Virus record (IMG/VR): IMGVR_UViG_3300031707_000029
Span: 1-47,941 of that record
DNA length: 47,941 nt
Source: a virus
Taxonomy: Duplodnaviria; Caudoviricetes
Strand: one strand, 5' to 3'
The notes under the pieces were generated by a model. The model had not been told where the DNA came from, made no database searches, and saw only the letters and a program-made list of their open reading frames with translations. Made by a program: the position numbers and the translations under genes. This document shows, one piece after another, positions 35,016-44,501 of the stretch (positions are counted from its first letter, which is position 1; the number at the start of each line of letters is the position of its first letter).

Positions 35016-36757
35016 CTTTTCTTCCCGATGACTTCCTCCGGTACGCGGCCGATGAGCTGCAAGCCGGAGTGGAGGATACCGTCGATGAGCCCGGCCTTTT
35101 TGAGTTTGGACGGAGTACCCCACAACGTGGGATAGAGTTTTTGGAGCTCGGCCTCGATGCCGGATTTCTTAACGAAGGCGAGGATCTCGCGGATCGTCTT
35201 CCGTTGCAAATACTCTTCCGTCACGGCCCACTCCTTGCCAATGTCGATGCCAAGGTGCTCGGCGACGAGACGCCGGCAGCCGGTCGGAAAATCTCCGGTG
35301 TCGTATCCGTTCTTGAATTCACCTTCGACCATCACGGCCACGACGGCCGCGCCGAGTGTCGCGGAAATCTTACCCCAGTCCTTATCGCCGAGCTTGAGGA
35401 CGGCTTCGACGACCTTTTCATCCTCAATATAAAGACTACGGCTGGTGAGCCCGAGCTCCTTCGCCACCGCCTCCTTGGCCGGATGGCTCCGTCTGGCGAG
35501 CGTGATGATGGCCAGGCGCGGCAGCATATGGTCGACCGGTTTGCCGGCAAGGACTTCGGCGATCCGCCGGCGGTAGAATTGTTGGCGGAAAAATTCGCCG
35601 TGCCAGGACACCCTCGGTCCGTCGCCTGCCGATTTCTTCTTCCCACCCCCTTCTTCTTTTGCCCGTTCGGCCCGCCGGCTCTGTTTATAGCATGCCTTGT
35701 CACCGATGCAGGCTTGGGCATAACGTTCGATCTTCCCCTTGAGGTCGATAAGGCTGACGAATGAATCGCATTCCAGGCACTTCGTCGGCGGATCGGTGTA
35801 GATGGCTTCGAAGTCGTTCCAATTCACGGAATCATGGAAACGGAAACCCCGGGTCTTGTATTTCTTCGCTTCCCGCGTCTCCATCCAATGTTCCTTGAAC
35901 CATTTGCCCTGTTTCTCCAGGTAGCATGTCCGATCGAGACACCGCGCCTTGCCTTCGCCGATGTCGAAAAGGCTCTTTTGGACGATTCCGTTATGGCCGC
36001 AAGTCCGGCAAGCGGTCAAGTCGAATTTCGAGATCCCCAGGTCGAGGGCGAGATTGTTGATGTGGCTCCGCAGCCGGTTGACGCTCCATTCGTCTAGGTC
36101 CCTCCGGAAGTCGGCGTAGGTCTTCTTGAATTCATCTTGGTTTTTGGTAATCCGAAGGAACTGCTCGAGGTGACTGAACGTGGCCCGCCCCTTCTTCCAA
36201 TCCTCCTGTAGCGCCAGCGGAAGATCCAGCACTGCGACGTGCCGGCGAATATAAGGCGTCGGGATTCCGGTCCGGGCCGACAGATCGTCGGCTTTCTTTC
36301 CGTGCCGGCTGAGGAAGGCGCGGAAGCTCACGGCCTCATCGTAGTCGGTCAAATCTTGCCGTTGCAGGTTTTCGATGAGGAGGACATCGTAGGCCTCGTC
36401 ATCCGTCAGGTTGCGGACAAGGACCGGGATCTGTGTCATCCCCAAACGCACGGCCGCCGCGAACCGCCGGCCGCCGGCGACGACCTCGAACCGCGCTCCG
36501 CCGGCGGTTGGCGTCCCAAGGGGCCGGACAATGAGGGGTTCGAGGATTCCCTTCGCGGCGATTGAATCGATGAGATCTCCGAAGCCGGGACCGTCGATCT
36601 CGCTCCGCGGGTTTCTCGAATTCGGAACCAGGTCGACGGCGGTGAGGTAACAAAATTCTTGCGCCGCGGTCGCCGCCTGGACTTTTGCAGAGAGGCCGCT
36701 CGTCTTCGCTGCCGGCGCGGTCTCAGGGACCGGCTTTTCGGTTTTCTTCTTCTTCAT
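35012..36757 (-). CDS. ParB/Spo0J-family protein (581 aa, long C-terminal extension)
   Basis: NPR..SIAAKGILEPLIVR..VVAGGRRFAA..LIENLQRQDL, HTH, and a Cys cluster CRTC..CLDRTC. Confidence 0.88.
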   Translation of the reverse strand: MKKKKTEKPVPETAPAAKTSGLSAKVQAATAAQEFCYLTAVDLVPNSRNPRSEIDGPGFGDLIDSIAAKGILEPLIVRPLGTPTAGGARFEVVAGGRRFAAAVRLGMTQIPVLVRNLTDDEAYDVLLIENLQRQDLTDYDEAVSFRAFLSRHGKKADDLSARTGIPTPYIRRHVAVLDLPLALQEDWKKGRATFSHLEQFLRITKNQDEFKKTYADFRRDLDEWSVNRLRSHINNLALDLGISKFDLTACRTCGHNGIVQKSLFDIGEGKARCLDRTCYLEKQGKWFKEHWMETREAKKYKTRGFRFHDSVNWNDFEAIYTDPPTKCLECDSFVSLIDLKGKIERYAQACIGDKACYKQSRRAERAKEEGGGKKKSAGDGPRVSWHGEFFRQQFYRRRIAEVLAGKPVDHMLPRLAIITLARRSHPAKEAVAKELGLTSRSLYIEDEKVVEAVLKLGDKDWGKISATLGAAVVAVMVEGEFKNGYDTGDFPTGCRRLVAEHLGIDIGKEWAVTEEYLQRKTIREILAFVKKSGIEAELQKLYPTLWGTPSKLKKAGLIDGILHSGLQLIGRVPEEVIGKKR

Positions 36758-37176
36758 TTTGTCCTCGCTTTCGACTCCTCGTAAGGAGTGATTTCGATGA
36801 TGGCCTTGGTAAGAAGGTTGAGCCGGACGTCCAGCGCGGCGATCACGCCTTCGGCGCCGTCGATCTTTTCGCGGAGCTTGATGATCCGCTCCCGCTGGAC
36901 TCCGATTTCGCGGTTGACTTCGGTCTTCTCCGTCTCGAGGGCTTCGAGGATGGCCGAGGCACCCTTGAAGAGCCGGGGCGCCTCGTCCCCCGCCGGCTGT
37001 GCCGATTTCTTTGCCACGTCAGCCCATCCTTCCGTTCCCAAGACCTTGAGACCTTCGATGTCAATCACCTTGGGCTGGATCTCGACGATTCCCCTCAAGG
37101 TCTCGCCCGCCTGTCTCATCAATTCCGCTCCTGCCGCTGGTTGGTCCGGCAGCGGCGCCGGATTTTTCTTCGCCAT
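36754..37176 (-). CDS. Coiled-coil hypothetical protein
   Basis: AGGAGG RBS; heptad-rich C-terminus. Confidence 0.6.
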   Translation of the reverse strand: MAKKNPAPLPDQPAAGAELMRQAGETLRGIVEIQPKVIDIEGLKVLGTEGWADVAKKSAQPAGDEAPRLFKGASAILEALETEKTEVNREIGVQRERIIKLREKIDGAEGVIAALDVRLNLLTKAIIEITPYEESKARTK

Positions 37177-37178
37177 TT

Positions 37179-37925
37179 TTATCCTCCTTTTTGTGGCGAT
37201 ATTCCGAATTCTTCCGGAAATTCTTGAACGAGGGGCAACCGTTCGGGAAAGGTGTTCTTCCATCGAAGGTTGTTCTTCATGAAGACCGGCACCCCAAAGT
37301 CACCGGCGATTTCCATGATTTGGCTGACCCATTCCCGCAAAAGGTCCGGCCGCGGTCCCCGTCTCGTTGGGCCGGTCAAGGAACCGATAATAAACCAATC
37401 GAATTCCCCGGCCACGTAGCGCAGGTCTGATCTCGAAAGATCGTTCAAAAGTGGTTCGAAGGAAATAAATTTAACGGAGGCCTCGTGATGAATTGCCAGG
37501 TTCTTAGCCCGCCCCCAATCTTCAGGCCCGGTCACGCTCACTCCGAGCCAAACATTCGGAGGCATGGTCCGGTCGATCTTCTCCGGCATTTTGGTTAGGA
37601 TAAAGAACGTATGCCGCGGGGCGTCCTTGATGACCCCAAAGATAAAATCCCGAAAGGCATCTGCGGCCGGATGGAAAAGCTCGAAGGTCGAGCAGAGGAA
37701 GATCCCCGCCTCTGCTTTGATCCTGAACGGGGCATCGATTTCGCGTTCGTCGAGGTAGATTTCGTTCGGATCGACACCGAGCCGATCGAGGGGATGGAAG
37801 CGGTCATAGTAACGGCGGGCATAGCAATACCAGCATCCGACCGGGCATTTTCCCTTGATTGGATTCCAGGTATATCCGGGCTGTCCATTCGGGCCGGCGA
37901 CCCATTCGATCTTCGTTCGGTTCAT
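37179..37925 (-). CDS. DUF5131 (phage gp37/gp68) family protein
   Basis: TKIEW, TWNPIKG.C..GC.YCYA, ILTK, NVWLGVSV, FISFEPLL, VPVFMK. Confidence 0.9.
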   Translation of the reverse strand: MNRTKIEWVAGPNGQPGYTWNPIKGKCPVGCWYCYARRYYDRFHPLDRLGVDPNEIYLDEREIDAPFRIKAEAGIFLCSTFELFHPAADAFRDFIFGVIKDAPRHTFFILTKMPEKIDRTMPPNVWLGVSVTGPEDWGRAKNLAIHHEASVKFISFEPLLNDLSRSDLRYVAGEFDWFIIGSLTGPTRRGPRPDLLREWVSQIMEIAGDFGVPVFMKNNLRWKNTFPERLPLVQEFPEEFGISPQKGG

Positions 37926-38260
37926 GGCTGACCCGCACTCATTTCGGCGACCCTCTTCCGCAGGAACGCAACCTCCTTTTGAAGTAGGGTGAGGGAGACC
38001 GTGTCGAAAAGATTTCCTCGGTCGAAGGATTCGATGATGGCCACGACTACCGCAGCGGCTTGGACGAGCTCCTTCCGGAATTGCTGGCCGTCACCTTCGA
38101 GGGCTGCCGCCGACGCCTCGCCGACTTCCTCCATGAGGATCACGAGCCAGGCGAATGGGCCGTGATTCTGCTCGCCCCAGCGAGCATTTTGGTTCCAACG
38201 CTCTTCCTTGACTTCCCAGAGAACACGGACGATCTTTTCGGTTTCTGGTATTTCGGGCAT
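37922..38260 (-). CDS. MazG-like nucleotide pyrophosphohydrolase
   Basis: WGEQNH, ILMEEVGEA, ELVQAAAV. Confidence 0.8.
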   Translation of the reverse strand: MPEIPETEKIVRVLWEVKEERWNQNARWGEQNHGPFAWLVILMEEVGEASAAALEGDGQQFRKELVQAAAVVVAIIESFDRGNLFDTVSLTLLQKEVAFLRKRVAEMSAGQP

Positions 38261-39039
38261 TATCTCCTGCCCCTTGCCGCCACGCCGGCGCCCCAATCGC
38301 GGTACGGTTCGATGCCAGGGATCTTCGTCTTGGCCGCTTCGTGCAGCTCGTTCACGACCTTCTGGATCTTCACCTCATCGAGCGAGGTGATTTTATATTC
38401 GGTCGGGATGAGGTTGATATTGACGACGCGGTATTTCCAAATCTCTCTTTGGGCGACGCCCTCGAGCTTCGGCGGAGCCGCGGCGTAGATGGGCGCGGCG
38501 GCGGCGGCCCGGGCAACCGTTTCCATCTGAGCCGCTTCGACCATATGGCCCGCCGCCTCGAGCGGCCGACCGGCCTTCTCCGCCTTCGCCGCCGCGTCCA
38601 CTTTCTCGTCGACCACCTTTTGGGCCAACGCGATCGCCTTCAATCGCTCGCCCTCCTCCTTCTCCCGCTTCTCCGCGACCAGCCGATTCCAGTTACCGAT
38701 TTCCATCTTGACGTGCTTCTCGGCTTGGAGGGGCAAAAGGGCCGTGTGATCCTTTGCCTTGAGCGCGATTTTATGGGCCTGATTGAAAGCGGCAATGATC
38801 GGATCGAAGTCGCGGTTGATCCGGAGGAGCACGGTTTTGACGTCGATAAGAGCGACATTCACGGCGGCCAATGTCGGCTCATCTATCGCCTTTAATTTAA
38901 GGGCCTTCTCGGAAACGATTTGGATTTCCGCCAGGAGCTCCATCACCTCGGGCGAGGTCAAGAAGCTCTTCTCCGATAGGCTTTGGATCAGCGGCAGCGG
39001 GACGGTCGCAAGCGCGGTGTTGGTGTTTGGATCGGTCAT
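38260..39039 (-). CDS. Coiled-coil phage protein (recombination-module type)
   Basis: Helical N-terminus; C-terminal WKYRVVNINLIPTEY..DEVKI..IPGIE motif. Confidence 0.65.
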   Translation of the reverse strand: MTDPNTNTALATVPLPLIQSLSEKSFLTSPEVMELLAEIQIVSEKALKLKAIDEPTLAAVNVALIDVKTVLLRINRDFDPIIAAFNQAHKIALKAKDHTALLPLQAEKHVKMEIGNWNRLVAEKREKEEGERLKAIALAQKVVDEKVDAAAKAEKAGRPLEAAGHMVEAAQMETVARAAAAAPIYAAAPPKLEGVAQREIWKYRVVNINLIPTEYKITSLDEVKIQKVVNELHEAAKTKIPGIEPYRDWGAGVAARGRR

Positions 39040-39347
39040 TGGCTGGCTCCCGCCGGCTGGCGCCGCGTGATGATCCTCGAAGCGATCATCGGTCGTCCAC
39101 ACGGTTGGCAGATCGGTTGGCCGCCTTCAGGAATCTCGCCCACGCGAATCTCCCTCTTCGCTTTGCAGCCGGGGCACGTGACCACGACTACGGCCTCGAA
39201 AATTTTGTTCATGCCTTGCCTCATACGGGTATCCTCCTTTGAAATTGGAATCGTTTTCTCATCCCATTCTTCTTCTTTCTCGTCGGGATCCTCGCGGTCC
39301 CATTCGTCCAGCCCTTTTTCGATCTCATGTTCCGCGTACTCTCCCAT
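39036..39347 (-). CDS. Acidic zinc-ribbon protein
   Basis: MGEYAE start, acidic tract, CPGC...CQPC. Confidence 0.55.
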   Translation of the reverse strand: MGEYAEHEIEKGLDEWDREDPDEKEEEWDEKTIPISKEDTRMRQGMNKIFEAVVVVTCPGCKAKREIRVGEIPEGGQPICQPCGRPMIASRIITRRQPAGASQ

Positions 39348-39351
39348 CCCA

Positions 39352-39648
39352 TCATTCCTTCTTTTCGGCACGTTCGTGGCAGACGAACGCGTGGCCCTCG
39401 GCCTTTTGCCGTTCCCATTCCTTCGTCGCCGCTGCCATCCTGTCGACTTGAAAATGCTCGGCGAGGGGTTTCAAACCGTAGCCAAAAACATTCCGCCGGC
39501 CACAACCGGGACACTTCCACAAGTCGGCATGCCAGTACTTGTAGACCTCCTCGGGATCCCCAAACATCTCGGCCACAATGACGTTGAAAACCTCCGTCTT
39601 CAATTCGATCAGACAATCGATACAGATCGGTCTAGGCATGGGATTCAC
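39352..39648 (-). CDS. Zinc-ribbon hypothetical protein
   Basis: CIDC...ADLWKCPGCG; AGGAG RBS. Confidence 0.65.
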   Translation of the reverse strand: MNPMPRPICIDCLIELKTEVFNVIVAEMFGDPEEVYKYWHADLWKCPGCGRRNVFGYGLKPLAEHFQVDRMAAATKEWERQKAEGHAFVCHERAEKKE

Positions 39649-39658
39649 TCCTTTCTTC

Positions 39659-39747
39659 TTTTTCCGATTCTAAGCGGTTTGAGCCCCGTCCGCTTTTCCT
39701 TGGTGTCTTTGTACCGCCCTGCCCAGGAAAACCGAACGTTGCCCGGC
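39659..39747. repeat. ~90-bp intergenic element, copy 2 (inverted relative to copy 1)
   Basis: See 33534-33623. Confidence 0.85.
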
Positions 39748-39770
39748 TTTTCGGGGTGATTAAACCGGTT

Positions 39771-39995
39771 TCAGGCATGGGATTTCCTCTTGGTTTGTTT
39801 TCCGGGCTCCGGCTTGGGCTGTGGGCAGCCGTGAATCTCGCGGCGGCCGCAGAGCCAATCGTTGCTTCGGTGCTGATAGCCGCGGCCGGGAGTATACGTT
39901 CCGGGATCCAACCGGGGCCAGTAACATGACCGGCGTGGACAATCAAAATCGCTAACGTCGACCAATGCCCTCATTTTCCTATCACGGATTTTCAT
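39771..39995 (-). CDS. Small Cys-containing hypothetical protein
   Basis: 74 aa; start overlaps the upstream stop; GAGG RBS. Confidence 0.5.
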   Translation of the reverse strand: MKIRDRKMRALVDVSDFDCPRRSCYWPRLDPGTYTPGRGYQHRSNDWLCGRREIHGCPQPKPEPGKQTKRKSHA

Positions 39996-40498
39996 TACCC
40001 CTCCTCACCGGGCTGCCGATCGGGCTCCCATTCGACAGGGAAGATTGCCTCCTCCTCCTCGCCGGCGGCGCCGGGATAAGACAGGGCGGGAATAAAGCGC
40101 CGTTTTGAACTTTTGCTAAATTGAGCGGCCCTCATCGCCTGGCCCTTGCGGCAATCACAATAAGTCGCGACCGTGTGAGGGATGGTCGGACGGTCGGGAT
40201 CCGGACGGTCGACGATGAGCCAACCAGTTCCGCCGCATTTCTCGCAATAGTAGGTCGCGGGATCACCGAACGGCGTCGGGCCGACACGGGCGATGGCATT
40301 GATCGCCTTCCAAATTTCCTTGGGGATTGGGAACCGCGTATATGGATGGCTGCGGAGGAGGAGCTGCAGGGCTTTTAGGAAAACGCCCCCAGGGACGTTT
40401 CGGAATTCCTCAAAGAGCAGGTCCCGGGCGTTTTCGGACAGCGGGGTGAAGAGCGTTCCAACCGTATCCGTCGCCTCTTTGAATTCCTTTGGCGTCAT
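39995..40498 (-). CDS. Replication accessory protein (helicase loader/inhibitor-like)
   Basis: RFPIPKEI; CEKCGGTGW...YCDC zinc motif; two genes after the initiator. Confidence 0.55.
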   Translation of the reverse strand: MTPKEFKEATDTVGTLFTPLSENARDLLFEEFRNVPGGVFLKALQLLLRSHPYTRFPIPKEIWKAINAIARVGPTPFGDPATYYCEKCGGTGWLIVDRPDPDRPTIPHTVATYCDCRKGQAMRAAQFSKSSKRRFIPALSYPGAAGEEEEAIFPVEWEPDRQPGEEG

Positions 40499-40794
40499 CG
40501 ATTCCTCCTTTCCTCCCACCACCGCGGCGGCCCTTCGTGAAGAATCCTTTTGAAGAGTTCGATAATGTATTCCTTGTTTCTCACCATCACCGTGGCCAGC
40601 TCTCGAACGTCCTCCAATCCCATTTCATTCGGATTTTTTACAACTGCCGGCCGGCAAAGGTTAAGGACAAGGTAGATCACGGCGACGGGAAGCTCGGCCT
40701 TTTTCTCCAGGTCAAGGACGGCATAGGTTTTGAGGCGATCTTTGAAGTCCTCATCCTGGAGGATCTCGAAGACACGCATAAAATCGATGTCCAT
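40495..40794 (-). CDS. Hypothetical protein
   Basis: Start coupled to the initiator stop (TGATG). Confidence 0.55.
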   Translation of the reverse strand: MDIDFMRVFEILQDEDFKDRLKTYAVLDLEKKAELPVAVIYLVLNLCRPAVVKNPNEMGLEDVRELATVMVRNKEYIIELFKRILHEGPPRWWEERRNR

Positions 40795-41633
40795 CAGCCC
40801 TCTCCCCTCTTCTTCCTCAATTCCGCCTCCTTCCTCTCCGCCCAATCGTCCTTCCTCCCTTCCCCTGTCATGGCTTCGTTGCGGTAGCCCTCGAATTTAC
40901 TTTTCCTAAATAGCGTCGACGGCCGCAGGAAATCATCCCACACGGTAACCTGTCCCGTATCCTTGTCCGTCGTCGTCCGGCCCTTCCACTTCGCCGCCTT
41001 GATATCGATTACCTTCTTGAGGTCTTCGGGCGTCCATCCGTCCTCGAGCCGCGCCCGGATAATCGTCACGCTTAATTCCGAATCGGGCTTGAACGCCTTC
41101 CCGGCCTTTTCATTCAAATAGGCGATGATGGCCCCGATCTCTTCTGGGGAGTAATGTTTTTTTGCTTTAAGATTTTTACTTTCAAGAGAAGAAGAAGATA
41201 AGACATTAACATTAATAGTGGGTATGCATACCCTATCTATAGGGTATCTATAGGGTATGGATACCCTATCGTTAAAAGCCAGAAATTCATCGACGATTCC
41301 TTGTTCTTTAATGGCTTCGAGATCGACGGCGATCCTCTTTAAAACCTTTGGCGATTGGTTCGGCTGATGGCGAAGAAAATTCTTGACCCATAGTAAGTTG
41401 TCGGCCGTATAAACGATCTTCCTGGCTTTCATAAAATTATCAATAATCCGATCGAGTAAAGTCGGCGCCAAGCCGGTTTCATGAAGGATGGTCTTCCGAC
41501 CGACCTGATAGATGCCCGCCGCGTTCGTATGTTCATTCGAGAACATCCAGCAGTAAAGCAGCTTCTCGGCCGGCGGAAGCTCGATTACCCACGGATCATT
41601 CCAAAAGGCGCATTGGATCAACCTATATGTCAT
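40794..41633 (-). CDS. Replication initiator/replisome organizer
   Basis: N-terminal FWNDPW..EKLLY..HTNAAGIY wHTH. C-terminal IIAYLNEKAGK..IRARL..LKKVID..FLRPSTLF..KFEGY (conserved phage C-terminal domain). Confidence 0.85.
   Translation of the reverse strand: MTYRLIQCAFWNDPWVIELPPAEKLLYCWMFSNEHTNAAGIYQVGRKTILHETGLAPTLLDRIIDNFMKARKIVYTADNLLWVKNFLRHQPNQSPKVLKRIAVDLEAIKEQGIVDEFLAFNDRVSIPYRYPIDRVCIPTINVNVLSSSSLESKNLKAKKHYSPEEIGAIIAYLNEKAGKAFKPDSELSVTIIRARLEDGWTPEDLKKVIDIKAAKWKGRTTTDKDTGQVTVWDDFLRPSTLFRKSKFEGYRNEAMTGEGRKDDWAERKEAELRKKRGEG
41217..41269. repeat. Iteron-like array, candidate replication origin
   Basis: ATACCCTAT 9-mers at 41228(+), 41239(-), 41250(-), 41261(+) and a 7/9 copy at 41217; exact 11-bp period; AT-rich tract at about 41155-41216. 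Confidence 0.75.
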
Positions 41634-41779
41634 GGGGAAGACTTCCTTTCTATCGATCAGGGAGGACCGCCGCCGGCGAGGAGGTGGGGGCAAAAGATTT
41701 TTAACTAACTCCATAGCCTCAAAAGAGAACGGGAAGAGGGGCAGCCCTTTTTCCTCATTCGGTGGCGATCCGTCTTTTC

Positions 41780-42871
41780 TCATGGAGTCACGCGCTCGAT
41801 CGACGTCACGATGAAATCCGTTTCTTTGACCGAAAAGGCCTTCCGGTGATGGTTGTCGGACTTGATCTCGATGTCGGAGACGAAAGCCGTGTGGCCGTAG
41901 TACCGGCCCGGCGCCTTTTTATCGCCGATAAGTTTGTCTTTGTATTTCTCGTACATCGTCCGGGCGTCGCGGAATTCATCTTGGAATTGGATGAACGCTT
42001 GGAGCTCGGCCTCATCCGGGCCCGTGATCTCCACCGTAACGCTGGTTGTTCGGAGAGGTTTGCAAAGGTGATTGAAGCCGCACATTCCGCAGATCGATTT
42101 GTCATAAGGAATGGGCGCCGGATACGTGCCGGCGGCAACGTGATTATTGACCTTCCGGGCCATCACCAAGTCCCGCTCCCCGAGGTTCCAATCGACGAGC
42201 ATGGGAAGGATACGGGGCCGCTTACCGAAGGTCGCGAGGATGAAAAAACCGCCCGGCCTTTCAGCCATGAGAAGGTAGAGATTGAGCTGGCTCGGATAGC
42301 CGCGGATCCACCATCCCCGGTGTTGCCGGATCTCCTCGACCGTCCGGGTCGAATCCCAGTACCGCGGATTGATCGACTTGACCTCGGCCGGCACGTTTTG
42401 AAGATTCTGGAACGGAGGGGGAAGCGCCCGCCTGATCGGACTCATCCCATCGACGCGCCCGCTGATCCTAAACTCCTGCCAGCGGAATTGACTTTGGCTC
42501 ATGGTCAGCTCATAGCCGATCCGCATGAGACGCGCCTTGGCCTTCCGTTCATAGGACTCGCCTTCGTCCATCCGCCAGAAGCCTTCGATGTCGGCTGCCC
42601 GCCGTTCGCGCCAATCGACCCGGCAATGGACGAGGTGCTTCTGACACGGATGCCCGAGCTCCGAAGCGTAATTCCATTCGTCGTGCGGATGAGGAGGCCG
42701 TTGCTTTTCGATGATGAGGTCGGAGTCGAGCATCGCCTCCATTTGGGCAGCCTCGGCGTTGAGGCCGGTTAGAAGGAGCTCCTCCTCCGGCCCTCCGGGA
42801 CGGGGATGGAGCGTGGGATCGAATCCCCCTTCCATGACCGTCCAAACGTCGGTCCCGATTTCGTTACTCAT
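41780..42871 (-). CDS. Cas4/RecB-like PD-(D/E)xK exonuclease
   Basis: ASELGHPC, ISGRVDG, EVKS, QLNLY, CGMCGFNHLC (1+3 Cys Fe-S pattern). Confidence 0.82.
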   Translation of the reverse strand: MSNEIGTDVWTVMEGGFDPTLHPRPGGPEEELLLTGLNAEAAQMEAMLDSDLIIEKQRPPHPHDEWNYASELGHPCQKHLVHCRVDWRERRAADIEGFWRMDEGESYERKAKARLMRIGYELTMSQSQFRWQEFRISGRVDGMSPIRRALPPPFQNLQNVPAEVKSINPRYWDSTRTVEEIRQHRGWWIRGYPSQLNLYLLMAERPGGFFILATFGKRPRILPMLVDWNLGERDLVMARKVNNHVAAGTYPAPIPYDKSICGMCGFNHLCKPLRTTSVTVEITGPDEAELQAFIQFQDEFRDARTMYEKYKDKLIGDKKAPGRYYGHTAFVSDIEIKSDNHHRKAFSVKETDFIVTSIERVTP

Positions 42872-44082
42872 TTTCCGGTTTTGGCGCCAGGGAATAATGT
42901 CCCGTCCGCCGGCGGCGCCGTCGTCTTGGTCGGTTCCTTCTCCGCAACCGGATTGACTTTCGTGGCTCCGTTCGGGGCGACCTCATGGATGGCTTCCCGT
43001 TCGGCTTCCCCGTCGACGGTCTCGCCCATCGCATCCCGTTCGGCCTCGAGGTCGACCTCGGAATCCTCGCTCCGCCGCATCTCGAAGCCCTCCGTCCCTG
43101 TGCCCGATTCGGCTTGTTTTAGAATGTCCGCCAAGTGGGACGGCGCGAGATCATGCCGCCAGCCGTAAAGGGTCACGTCGGCAAACTTCCCGCCGGCCTG
43201 CCAATCTTTGGCGATGACCTGGGTCACGCCGATCGCCGGATGATCCTTGTAGATGTTCCGCTCGACGATGGTTTGGGCGATCCGATCTCCGAACCGTTGC
43301 CGTTGCGTATGCTCAGAAAGGCAGTCCAAGATCGCCGGGTCGTCATAATTGATCCACAGCCCGAGCGGCGCCTCGACGAGGAAAAAGACCCACCGCCCCG
43401 GCCGGGGATCCTGGGTGAACTTGCCGGGATTTTCATCGACCTGCCCGTAGAGCGCGGCATTCGGATTCTTGGGTTGATCCTGCAAGGGGCCGCTCCACCA
43501 CTTTTCCTTCATCTTCGCCTGGATGGATTGGATGAAGTACGTATAAGGGTTGTAGAACAGGTATTTGTCGATGACGACGACCGAACCGCTCGCCGCATAT
43601 CCGATCCCGATTTTACGGACAGCGACGCCGGTAATCGCCTTTGTCGTCCCGGCCCGCTCCACGTAAGGATTGTTCCTCACCTCGCCGCCGACGACGATGC
43701 TTTGGGGCGTGAGGGTCGTGATCGCCGCCGTCTTATTGAGCTGCCGATAACCCGAGACGGTGAGTGAATAGCGGTACTTTTCGACCTTGCCCCTCGGCCG
43801 CGGTGCATCCTGGCCGTCACCCTCATCATCTTCAGGAGCCGGTTTCCCCTTACCGGCCTTGGAATCGTAGACGGGATAAAAATGGCCGAGTTTATCCCAC
43901 AGCCGCATGACCGTTTTGATCGGCCGCATGATCGTTCCGTCGGGATTGGCTCGGCAATAGACCTGGCCGAAGTCGGCCGTAAGCATGATCTCCTTGCTGG
44001 TCGGTTTGGGCGGCGGGGCCGCCGTGGTCGCAGGTTTCGGCGCGGAATCGGCGCCTTCGTTTTCCTTCGTCGAAGTACTCAT
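42868..44082 (-). CDS. Putative ssDNA-annealing recombinase
   Basis: Paired with the exonuclease; LTVSGYRQL and RIAQTIVERN motifs with an acidic disordered tail; AGGAGG RBS. Confidence 0.45.
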   Translation of the reverse strand: MSTSTKENEGADSAPKPATTAAPPPKPTSKEIMLTADFGQVYCRANPDGTIMRPIKTVMRLWDKLGHFYPVYDSKAGKGKPAPEDDEGDGQDAPRPRGKVEKYRYSLTVSGYRQLNKTAAITTLTPQSIVVGGEVRNNPYVERAGTTKAITGVAVRKIGIGYAASGSVVVIDKYLFYNPYTYFIQSIQAKMKEKWWSGPLQDQPKNPNAALYGQVDENPGKFTQDPRPGRWVFFLVEAPLGLWINYDDPAILDCLSEHTQRQRFGDRIAQTIVERNIYKDHPAIGVTQVIAKDWQAGGKFADVTLYGWRHDLAPSHLADILKQAESGTGTEGFEMRRSEDSEVDLEAERDAMGETVDGEAEREAIHEVAPNGATKVNPVAEKEPTKTTAPPADGTLFPGAKTGK

Positions 44083-44101
44083 AAGGATCCTCCTTTGAAA
44101 A

Positions 44102-44488
44102 TTATTTCCGATTTGACTTTTGGCCGCCTTTGGAAGTATCCTTGAGGGGCCTTTTATAACCTCCTCCGGTCCCTCCGGCGGTGCAGGCAGACTTCCCATC
44201 CGATCCTCGTTCGAGGGACCGGCCTTCCTTTCGATCCTCAACCTCCTTTCCCGCAAGCTCCTCCAGCTCCTTCGCCACGACCGTTCCCTGTTCAAACAGT
44301 TCCACGAGTTGTCTTGAAAGGAATCGGATTCGCCGGCGGACATTCCTCCAATAGGCCGCCTGATGACCGCGGATGAATTTCTGCCAATCCCGGCTCGGAA
44401 TAAAATGACCGCCACAGCCGCACTTACAAGGGCGGGGGGCCAAGTCGGGGCTTGGGGCAGAAGTCCGCCGTAGATGCATTGGACGCAT
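44102..44488 (-). CDS. CxCGCG-motif DNA-binding protein (putative)
   Basis: PCKCGCGGHF..QKFIRGH. Confidence 0.55.
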   Translation of the reverse strand: MRPMHLRRTSAPSPDLAPRPCKCGCGGHFIPSRDWQKFIRGHQAAYWRNVRRRIRFLSRQLVELFEQGTVVAKELEELAGKEVEDRKEGRSLERGSDGKSACTAGGTGGGYKRPLKDTSKGGQKSNRK

Positions 44489-44501
44489 TTCTAGGAGCGG
44501 T

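Noticed and set aside
41634-41779. Possible antisense/regulatory RNA upstream of the initiator
   Set aside because: Only short, weak stems and no promoter identified; cannot be supported.
41780-42871. Cas4 as evidence of a CRISPR system
   Set aside because: No repeat-spacer array or other cas genes seen. The context fits a phage recombination exonuclease.
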